Assembly: GCA_002633005.1 (NCBI GenBank)
Contig: NMRA01000110.1
Span: 754,079 to 818,078 of the forward strand
Source: Phoronis australis
Lineage: Eukaryota; Animalia; Phoronida
Reading direction: 5' to 3'
Length of the DNA: 64,000 bases
Within the stretch, counting starts at the first letter, position 1; each line of letters opens with the position of its first letter. A model generated the notes under the pieces. The model did not search any database, had not been told where the DNA came from, and saw only the letters and a list, made by a program, of their open reading frames with translations. Positions 38,931-49,436 of the stretch are shown here, in pieces. The translations under genes and the position numbers were made by a program.

Positions 38931-39862
38931 AAATGGGCCAGATGCGTATTCTACCCGCAAACCAGCGAATGTCGTCTCGTGCAGCTACTAACTAGCACGG
39001 CGGAGCAAAGCATCAGTCGTCGAAGGTAATAACTAACAGGGGGCAATGAGGAACACCAAGAGGTGGGCAAAAATTCAGTTTCGATGAATTTGCAAATCGT
39101 CCAGCAAGAACTTGACTCCGGCATTTTAGTACACAATTATCACCCAAGAAAGTGTTCACGGCAACGCTAGCATACTTTTTGAAAATTTGGTCGGAGTGTT
39201 GGTGAGGTTGCGCACAGCTAGATGAGTACTTATGTCAATGGACGCACGGACACACGACACACCTACTACATCGCCTTCAACATATCCACAGAATAACAGT
39301 AGTTTTGACGCTCTCGAGAGCGAAGTTAAAACTAGTTCTTTCAGTGTAAATTTTCATTCCAACGAACATCAACATTTCATCGATACGGAGCCTTTGTGTA
39401 GGTGGGACCTTCAGGTAAAACGAACTACCTCAGTGGGTACATGCCCCGACTGAGGCCAGTGGCCTGTTCCGTGTATTTGCATAGCTCTGTGGACAGGCGT
39501 GGGCATTCGGGATACAAACAACAATAGGAATAATTAATTTGTTCATTTTTAGAAACCATATTCACTCCATAAATATTGGGGTTCGGTATAAAACACATGC
39601 AACAATGGAATTTACAAAATAACCTCGTAACATTTAACCACAAACTTTTGTGAAACAGACAGAAATGGCATAAACAAACTATGGCCATTCCGTCAAAAAG
39701 ACAAAACTGCCTCGCATATTTACATTACTGAGTTAAACAATGAGGTTCCTCTTCACAATGCACAAACTAAACCATGAGGACGAATACAGAAAAAGTGCTT
39801 CTAAATGAATTTTAGGCCCACGTTGTGGCTGAGTAGCAATTGTTACAGGTCATTAAAATAAA

Positions 39863-39876
39863 TGATTGATTGATTA

Positions 39877-39921
<45 letters not shown>
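39863..39921. repeat. (TGAT)n microsatellite
   Basis: About 14-15 tetranucleotide units with one interruption. Confidence 0.95.
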
Positions 39922-42900
39922 CTAACGTTAATGAAACGTTCTTCTAAGTATCTTAAAGTGACATTACCCCGAGCTTTCTTTCGAAAAACAGGTTGATTTA
40001 GGTCACACGCCGCTGCAAAGTTGGTCTTAAAATTGTTTCATGGTAAAAAAATGTGTGATTTCTGCGCTCGGAAAGAACTGTTCGTTACTTTTAATACCAA
40101 GATTATGAAATTTCCGGTCAACCTGTGACCTGAAATTTTTACTGAATCGGCCTGAAGATATTACGAAGTCTCAGTTCTGCCCGAGCCTACAGATCATTTC
40201 TAAACTGAACAAGGAGGAAAACAAGACCAACTTTATAACGGTAAGTTGCCTCAATTAAAATTTGTTTTCGACTGAAAGTAAGTGATATATGCCACAATTG
40301 AAACCAAAAATCATTGATCAGCATACTCATGTCTAGTGTTACATTGTAAAAATTCAACAAAGAGTGATAGCGATTACTGCCAGAGGTATGCCCCCCCCCC
40401 CCCTAAATCCGCCTATGGGTAGCTGGGCAAAGGACTTACCATGGGCAATTGGGAGTGACTTAAGCTCGTTCGGGATCACACGCTGCCCAAAGTATCGACG
40501 AAACACATCACCTCAACATTCTCCTGAGTTCCCCCACTATTTCATTCAAACACAAGGATGTTACAATTTCCCAACATTTAAGCTACTACTAGAAACTAGT
40601 TCCAATTGAAGACATCCCACAAGCAACAGAATGTCCAACTGAGTTAGCACGTCAGTCAGTTGCTGCAAAGGTTCCGCAAGTGCTCCTTAAATGGTTTATT
40701 GTTAGTGGCCACATCAGAACGATACACTGCATTCGCAACACCTCAGATTTCCCTACGCGTGTGAACATAGGATTTCAACTATGTTCCTAACCTTTTCACC
40801 GCATTTGTGGAATTCGTTAGGTCAATGTTTTTGCCATAACCTATTTGTTTTCATTTAAGTAAGGTCTCGGTTTTAAGTTATAATGTAAAAGAACAGGTGG
40901 AAAAGCATAACTTCTGTGAGTAAAGAAGACACAAATGCATCGGAGGTTCAAGGAATTTTATTGAGTCCCGGCTAACGGTCAATCATTATCCAGTTTAAAG
41001 GTCGCATGCGAGAAGTTCGCGCATGCACAGATTATGTTCACTTCCAAGAGCCTCCGACATCCAGTACTTTCGTAACTTCAAATTTCCCCTCTGGTGAACT
41101 CCATGTGTGAACTGCTGTCAAACCGCCAACCATTTCCAATTTGAAAGTCACATGACTTCCCGTACGAGATGTGCAGATAACATTCATCTCTGACGGAAAT
41201 ACACGCGTTCCCTTTTTTCTCCACCATTTCAAATATTTTTGTAGGCTTATTGACTTCACAACCATGAAATTTCAGTAGTAAAACAAGCAATATACATTTA
41301 TCAATATGGATGTAAATACAAAGTGTATTTCTAGAGAAAAACATACACATCCTATTTACACTGGAACACAATATAACTCAGTATATAATCATAGTATCAA
41401 ACATAAGCATTCATAGACCTCCAAAAATTGTCTATCACCACACTCAATACAAAAACAAAAAAGACTACATGCAATACATCCCCAGGCTCTTGGGTTTATA
41501 AGTCACGTGATACCAATTAACAGGTTAGCGGTTGTATGAAGTATAATATGGTAATAAACTCTGGGTTGTAGGAAAGAATAGTTGTGAGAAAATACACATT
41601 TTAACTAAATTTTCAACAAGTTCGAATGCTGCCAATGGTAGAGAAAATTCAGAGCTGTTACAAAAGTCCTCGTTACTCAGTACAATTCCATAAATCGCAA
41701 ATATAAACAACACCCTTGACATACCGGATTTCTTAAAATGTATACTTTTTGTCAATTAGAACTTTGAAATTAAACCAAATTGAAACGACTAACCATTTTT
41801 CACATTGTTCACAGAGTGTTCGACACAGCGGGAGAAAGTTAACAAGTGCAGTGAAATGCGCACTTCTAGGCAAAACCCATCGAAACCTGTACAGTATCTT
41901 CTATTTTACATTGACCTCGTAAGCCAACACTAGTCAGGAACCTGCACGGCACAACTAGCGCAATCTATACAGCTTGTAATATGTGTTGTGCTCGAACTGA
42001 AACCACATTTGCTCTAAAGGTCACGTCTTTGCGTCAACTTAAAGCTTTGGGGTCAACCAATCGGTCTTGAGACTTGTAAGCTTTCAAACGCCTAGATAAT
42101 CTGATGGTTCATGATTGAGTCCCCTTATCGTTAGTAAAAACTGGGGACTGGATTTCAGGGATATCCAAAAACAGCAGTTCATTTTTGCGACCAGGCCTAC
42201 AAGTCAACTTGTCACAGCGTCTCATTTTAGCTTCAACGGTCATAACGCATAATGCAGCTCTTATTTCTTTGCAAATCCAGGAATGACTTCTCATTTGAGT
42301 ACGGAACAATTGATGTTAAGACCACGTGAGTGGTCTAAATCCCAAATGTTCGTTTTTGGAACACAGGTGTGTAATAGCCACTTTTGACCTTCTCAAGTTG
42401 CAGAAGAGTGTGTGTGGTTTACTACTATGACAAAAGTAGTATCTCACTGACATCGCACGCAAGAGCATGCGTACAAATTAGTTCATGTCTCGGAAATCGA
42501 CGATATTTCGCGAGTAGGGTCAAAGCAGTTCGGAAAAGCATGTTACAGTGAATATTCATCAATACGGGTCTGCTTCTGAAAAGTGACATTAATTGTATCT
42601 TACGCTCCCATTGCACGTTTCCAAAATTAAACGTTTATTCAAGTAACTATGAGTACATGACAAAATACAAATAGTTTATAGAAATTATCTAAGTAAGTAG
42701 GAGACGTATTGCGTATTCTCAGAGATTTTAGACTTTGCTCAAGTGAAATTTTTTTTCAGAAATAGTGGTGTGGAGCGCAAGTCCCGATTTCTGGCTTACG
42801 GATTAATTAAGTCACTTTCCATGTTGTGAAAATGTAACTTAGGTGGATACCGCGTTGCGCATTAAAAGGTTTTCTATGAGACCTGAAAGGAAAGGCCCTT

Positions 42901-43344
42901 GAATTCCCTCGGTTATCGGCTGAAGAAAGTGATGAGTAACAAGCCAGGTTATCAAATGTTTTGACAAAGAGAATGACATCTTGACAAGGGATCATTTGAA
43001 ACTGCTGTGATGGCCGACGTTTCCCCATGTCATGCGTTTTTCGTCTGTGTGGAGATTACTGTGACCAGACGGAGTAATTGAATGGTTTCTAGCTGGAGAC
43101 ACAGACAGCGCTAGTTGTGCCGTCTATGCTACAGTCGTCTTCCACCTAGTCCTGCCTAGACCTCCAAGTTATTTGACAGCCTTATGCCTGCGCACATGCT
43201 TGAGTACCGAAGACCTACGGGTATTTTAAAATTGTCTTAAGAATAGAAATTTCACATCAATTTCCAGTTCAGGACCTCGAGAGAAATATTCTCATTCGTG
43301 ATGCACCCGTTCCTGCTATGAGAACTCATGTGTGAAACTGAACT

Positions 43345-44509
43345 CAGGCTCGTAGCCAGGGAGGGGGGGTTCGGAAAAGGTCCAGTCCCGACGTATCCGT
43401 TAAAGATGGGACATAGATAGACAACAACAACAAAATTGTTGCAGTTACTGGTACTACTAACTACAATCATCAACTAAGTCATTAATAATTTTGAATTTAG
43501 TTCACTTTGGGCCTTACCCGTGTAACTTCGCCCGAGTGGTGTTTGATGATAAGATCGTGAAGACGATTAGAGAAGGCTTTATGTTATTCATCGTCATTGA
43601 ACGCGCTTGGTCGCTACAACATAGGGTAACACGGGAGTCTAGATGTTAATGTCTATACCTTAATATGCTACCGTATATAGCAGCGAGAGAGCTCCCAAGA
43701 GGTAGTTCCGTGTGAACGTCTTAAAATCGACCAAGAAACAAAATAGCAAAAAGTAGGTTTATCTGCTATTTTGATAGTGGCAGAGTACGGTAAAGTGCAG
43801 ACATTTTCAAATTTCCGGTCACTTCGGTTGTGGATTGGTGGGTGACATGCATGCGTATACACGTGTGTGCGTTTCCATTCTTTTAAATTCAGTACACGCG
43901 GCAATTTCCCATGCGCATGAAATCCGGGCGTTGTTTGAGCATACATGTAGGTACACCACCTAGTGCATCTAATAACCGAAGTGTCGTTTATTTCTGCAGG
44001 TAAAGGGGGATGTCTGATACACCCAAATCCGAAATTTTAAATCTTTTCGGAGTAGTGAACCTTCGGAATAGTGAACCTTCAGAGAAGTGAACCTTTGGAA
44101 TACTGGGCTGTTCCCATTTCCAGCGGTGTAAGCAAGTTATGGTCGATCATGCTTCGATTAAATATTTCAGACCGAGTATGTCTCATTTAAGCACGCCCGG
44201 TTTGAAAGTTTGGCAGGGGGTAATGCGGGGACATTCTCTTTCTGGACCACATTACATCCGAATTTGGGTCCCGTTCTTTGTGAGCAACTGTCAGGGCATC
44301 CTCATTTCTGGTATTACGAATTCCGTCTGATCAGTTGGGAACATAGAGCTGAGAGTCGTCGTTGTGTATATAGATTTCCCTCCCCCTAGTGAAGCTGCGT
44401 CAAGGGCCTTACCGCAAACTCTACAGTGTTGACCTTTGCAAAATATCCGAAAAGGTCCACCGTTCCAGAAATTCGAACCACCCCATGCGCAATGCTGGCT
44501 ACGGGCCTG
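43345..44509. mobile_element. ~1.16-kb non-autonomous TIR element
   Basis: TIRs CAGGCTCGTAGCCAG / CTGGCTACGGGCCTG (14/15 match). It begins where homology to 5700-5740 stops. No clean TSD. Confidence 0.6.
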
Positions 44510-44675
44510 TGAACCTTCAAAGCGAGCTTGACATCCTATGAAGCAGTGTTTGACCCATCGGTAGAGTACCATGACAATATCGGATTCGCGTAGATTAAGC
44601 GGTACAAGAAATCACAGGATACAGTTGCAAAGTACAATTTTTCATACTGCCGGTCCAGGTCGTTGTCACTAATCT

Positions 44676-45261
44676 TTGGTGGGCCGTTCAGGAGAAAGTG
44701 TCGCCGTAAAATTACGCTCGTAATTACGAGCGTAAATTAAATTGAAGGAGTGTCGCCGTACGATTACGCTCGAAAATTAAATGGGGAAAAGTTTCGCCGT
44801 AAAATGACGCTCGTAATTACAAGCGTAAATTAAATTGCAAAAGTATTGCAGTAAAATTACGCCCGTAAATTAAAAGGGAGATATGTCGCAGTAAATTACG
44901 CTCGTAAAATACTTTAAGAACGTTCCAACTTTAAACCAATCAGTGTTAACCTAACATAAACGACTGTTGCTGGGCAGCTCGTTCTTGCACAGTCGCTGAC
45001 ATTGCAGCGATTTGATCCGCCATAATTCAACGCTCGTAGCGTACTAGTAGACATGTAACCCGTCGGTAAATAAGTATTTACATGGGCGCGTGCGACCGTG
45101 AGTTGTAAGAGTTAAACTAAATTACGAGCGTAATTTTACGCCGTAAAGAATTAAAATACGCTCGTAATTTTACAGCGTAATGAACGGTGTAAATAACGGC
45201 GCAATGTAAATAATTACTCTCGTATTTTTCCGGCGACACTTTCCCCCCCAACGCCCATCAT
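44676..45261. mobile_element. 586-bp MITE with TTACGCTCGTAA/TTACGAGCGTAA subterminal arrays
   Basis: Imperfect TIRs (TGGGCCGTT..GAAAGTGTCGCCG) and an 8-bp TSD ACTAATCT/ACTTATCT. The empty site ACTGATCT is present at the paralogous position ~26638. Confidence 0.85.
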
Positions 45262-45546
45262 ACTTATCTTAGCCCTACGTCGGAGTCATTCGTCCAGTAT
45301 GTAAACACTTAGGTCACATATCACATGAGAACAAAGAGTATTGCTGCAAAGAAATTGACGAAGGCAGAAAAAAATTCTTTAAGAGAATAAAGCTACTATA
45401 ACAAAAAACTTTGCGATATAGAAAAAATAGTGTAATTAATGATTTCCAACGACAAATGTGTTTGACTTGGTCTGAAAATTTGACACTGACATAGCATAAA
45501 GTATTAGAGTTTCTGAGTTCCGAATCGCCGGATTTGTAAATTAGAG

Positions 45547-48500
45547 TTATTGTACTGAATAAGTCAAGTCAATTTCGAAATCGCATATGATGAAAGTGAA
45601 TCTGTATCTATGAACAATGAGTGATACGAGGTAAAAAATGGCGAAGATGTTGAAAACAGAGATCAAGATTGCAAATCGCGCCAAATAAGTCATGTAGCAG
45701 TAACAACGTTTCCTACAAAGATACATGACGGACACTGCGATGGTTATAACAGAACACAGAAGCATAGACAAACACACTGCGGTAAGCTCAACACTATACC
45801 TAAGATTGTCGATTTCTTCTCCTTTGTGTCGGACAAACTTTTTGATCATAGAAAATGTAGTAGATAAATAAATATATCTTTGTCCGAGTTCAGAATTTTC
45901 GGGTTCGTAAATTAGCGCATTAAACATGTAGTGTAACGCTAAATCATATCTCTTCGTAATAATGTAAGATGATGTTATGCCACTAAAAATTACTTTTTTA
46001 CACTCAGATATATTTAAACAGTATTGCACCATATCAAGAGCTATGAAAAAATATTGCAAGGACAGATTGAACTTGCCTGTGACGTAGTCGGCATATGCAA
46101 CGCGGATGTATTTTGTCACAACGCTGTTTTCAAGTGAAAGTTTCTTCTCCAGTTCTGAACCAAACTCTTGGAACTGTGTCGCTATGATGTCTGCTTGACA
46201 ATCCTTTGCAGCACTGATGAACTTTGAAAGTTTTATAGAATAGTCTATTGTATTCGAGCGTATTAATTTCCTAGCGGACATACTGTTTTTGTCGTTTAGT
46301 TTATTAAGTGTTAATTTAATTGACTTCAGTAAATACATTCGAGCAGCATCGTAATTCCTTTCTCTTGAGTGAATCAGGTGGATGATATCTAATGTAATCC
46401 GAACGAGATGGACACTATCATAATCATTACCCAGAATGCACGGGTATAATGTATCAAGTGACCAATGAAGATATCTCAATATAGTAATGTTTCTTCCTCT
46501 TCCTTTTGTAAAACCGATCTCATACAGCATCTGTGTTAGGTCTGTACCAAGAGTTGGGCAAATCGCTTGTAACAATGGCAAAAGAATATCAAAATGCCGC
46601 GCTGCTTTCTCGAAGTCATTGCTATGATACATGTAGTTAAGGAGCGTGTACTGAGCGTCAATTACGGCACCAACAGGTGTTTTCTCACCAGTTGGTCTGG
46701 GGAACAAATAACCTAACATTCTCGTTTCTTGTAACAGTTGCCGATAATCTCTTTCCCTAAACGTTGATCGCGATTCAAGGAACTGGTATCCGTATACCAG
46801 ATGTTGTGTATTGAAAACATTCAACATTTCTTTTATTTGCAGAACCCTCGACGAAAGATCCTTAAAAAGCTCCAGGTAACCCAGAGATCTACTTGCCTCG
46901 CACAAGTTCACCAAACACGACATAGTGTACGGATCAGTGGCGTCATAGAAAATTTGTTTTCCTTTGTAGTAAAAGCTTCCACAGAACACCCCACACTCCT
47001 GCTTTAAAGTTTTGGCGGCCCATGTGTTTTCTAGATGTCGGACTAGCTTGTTAAGAGCATTTTTGAATGACAGTGATCGTATTTCTATTAAACCTTCTAT
47101 GTATTGGTTGCAGGTATAGAAACGCTCAAAAGTACAAACGGGACTATAAATAGAAAATTCGTGCAGTATGCAGTTGACGAAAGGGACGACTGTACAGAAA
47201 TATCTAAAGAGCAGCAATTTGCTTTCTTGAACGGACGACACCTTTTCTGGTCGAGGCCAGATGTCCTGTGATTTCACGATCATGAGTTCATTTTGCTGCG
47301 ACATGTTGGTGTACATTACAAGCCGTAAGTGTGTTACTATGGATATTGCGACTCTTAGATTATGTCCGGATTGTTCTGCCATAATTCTCTCTATGACCAT
47401 TTCATCCAAAATTTCCCACGGAGTATTGCTATTTAGAGAGTAAACGGTTTTAAACAAATTGATTACGAGGCTGGGTAACCTGTACATCCCTTGTTTAATG
47501 TCGAAGACATCCCCATCACCAACGAAACACAGGTGTGGTAAATATCTTTTCACCACCTTCGTCATGTCATGGTGAGCCTTAGACCTCGCTGCTTTCAGTT
47601 TCGTTTGTTTTCGTCTGTTGGATTTAAATTCTTCAATCAGTCTATCCGCCCCGTGGCTCCCGCCAATTTTGACTATTGATGTTAATATGCGATCAATATC
47701 ATAACCTTCCTTCAGAGATGTATTATATTCACAAAGTTGTGCCATACGTTGAGGTGTTCTAATTAACTCGATTCCTTTCCTCATTGGTCTATCAGGACGA
47801 CCAAGCGGTGTGTGGCAGGCATGTGGCGCTGTGCTATCGAACTGGAAACCGCGGGGAGTTACTGTATCTTTGAACCAGTCTCCTCCGGGTTTGTCGTTGT
47901 CGTTCAATGATTTGATTTGCATCGATTTCAAAATAGTTTCTCTTAAATTCAAAACAAATAAATGAACCATTCCCACTAAATTCCTAAAATATTCAATGTT
48001 GTTTTCATCTTCAACCAGTATGCACCACTCAATGTCGGAATACGTTGTCGTTTCACCTCTAGCCAGAGAACCTAACCCTAAAACTGCAAACTGTTGAGGA
48101 GGTGTTCCCAGTATCCTTATTGATGTAAAAATCAAACTCCAGAAAAAGGTTCTCACCTTTTGACTAACGTCTTCGAACAATTGCCTTGTCTCACGAACGT
48201 ATTCTTTTTCAATGTCTATTCGCTCGTTGTCTGACAGATTTGCACTAAATTTAGCCTGAATTTCATGCATCAACACGTTCGCGCTGCGAGACGTCGTCTC
48301 TCTAATATTAGTTAGATGATATCGAACTTTGGAAATGTAATTTAAAGGTGTTTTTTCACATTTTAGAAACAGCATCTCGCAAAAGGCAACTTCATTTCTT
48401 TTTACGACCTCTTTGATTTTTTCAGTGGCCTTTGATCGCTTGGTTCGCAAAATAGCGGCATTGTAGAGCGCAGATGCTTTAATGAAATCGCCACGGAGCT

Positions 48501-48641
48501 TTGTCAACGTACCCCTCTCTGCATAAATATCGCCCATTTTTTTCAACAGCCAACTGTCTCTTTCCAAATCATCTCTCGATCCATTTAACAGAGTCTCGGC
48601 AAGGAGTTCTTCTTTCTTCGCCAGGGCTGTCAGTCGCTTCT
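45547..48641 (-). CDS. NTase-TPR paralog D main exon (intact): TPR-like N-terminus, GlnD/DUF294-type nucleotidyltransferase, helical partner domain, TPR-like C-terminal region, two C-terminal hydrophobic helices
   Basis: Uninterrupted 1006-aa ORF, open to the acceptor at 48642-48643. Motif GLGSLARGETTTYSDIE and downstream GFQFD. Hydrophobic segments LTAVCLSMLLCSVITIAVSVMYL and FAILISVFNIFAIFYLVSLIV. About 1043 aa with the predicted exon 1. Confidence 0.92.
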
Positions 48642-49160
48642 CTACAAAATGTTGTCAGTCCATCAATAGATAGCTTGCACAAAAGTTTGTTTCAAATCAA
48701 ATTAAAAATTCCCAAGAAAATAATTTCACACCTTTTAGTCGACGCAATGATTCCTCTAGTCCACTGACTTTTAATCCAATTTGTACACCAACACAAAATA
48801 CGTCTGCAATCTTTTCATGCGATAAAAGAAAATAATTCTATCTCTGAGCAGATTAGTATGGTGACCATTATTGCTGTAAATCAACACAGTAATTTTAAAT
48901 TTTCAACATTTGTTTACAAAACACGGTGCCCGTATGTTTCAAAATTCTCTATGCACGACGTCATTCTCAATCATATACAATTATTCGCTCTTGTTTAAGT
49001 TAATCATCACAGTGGTATCCCGACTCACAACTACGGCATTTGCCAATTTGAGTGTGAAAGTTGCTTTGGCAATGCCTTCCTGGTGTTATGCATGTCGCCC
49101 ATGCGAGATATGAAACATCCATGGGGCCATCCGGAACGCCTGTGGTAGCTTCGCAGCATC

Positions 49161-49233
49161 CTGGATGGTTCCGCACGTGCCTAGCCAGCACTCGTGCGGG
49201 CTATCACCTAGCGGCATGCAAGGAACCAGCGAG
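49161..49233. mobile_element. 73-bp mini-MITE at the same position as 11248-11320 in the intron of copy D
   Basis: Same sequence and flanks as in copy B. Confidence 0.65.
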
Positions 49234-49399
49234 CTTAGCATCATCCCTCATCTGAAGTATCACAGGTATTTTTGTAGTCTCAAATTTCTGTGCATGTGCG
49301 AATTTCACCCATGCGGTAAATAATGAGACGGACAAATAGGAGACTAATGGGCCGGATGACTGAAATTCGCGCGTAGGCTAGGTTTCAGATGGTACTTAC

Positions 49400-49436
49400 T
49401 GGTGTCGAGAAAGCTGGAATTTAGTGTCGCAGCCAT
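49400..49436 (-). CDS. Predicted first coding micro-exon of copy D (MAATLNSSFLDT, phase-1 donor GTAAGT)
   Basis: Consensus donor, in-frame join A|AG to the main exon, and conservation with 11487-11523. Confidence 0.6.

Noticed and set aside
41038-41371. Two overlapping minus-strand ORFs as an exon
   Set aside because: No recognisable motif, non-ATG starts and no convincing splice pair.
47300-47345. Active HEPN RNase in the helical domain following the NTase (MNT-HEPN toxin-antitoxin analogy)
   Set aside because: B and D read LRLVMYTN, with no Rx4-6H motif. Only pseudogene C has RLVMYTH, so nuclease activity is unsupported.
45547-48641. Calling the NTase a cGAS-like receptor, OAS or Mab21 protein
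   Set aside because: Motif context and the downstream domain look GlnD/DUF294-like, and no Mab21 or OAS C-terminal signature was recognised. The analogy is only functional speculation.
49000-49191. Conserved 63-aa ORF (also 11087..11278) as a small partner gene or coding exon
   Set aside because: The conservation is explained by the segmental duplication. The ORF begins inside a mini-MITE, and splicing its GTGAGT donor to the main exon creates an immediate TAG.
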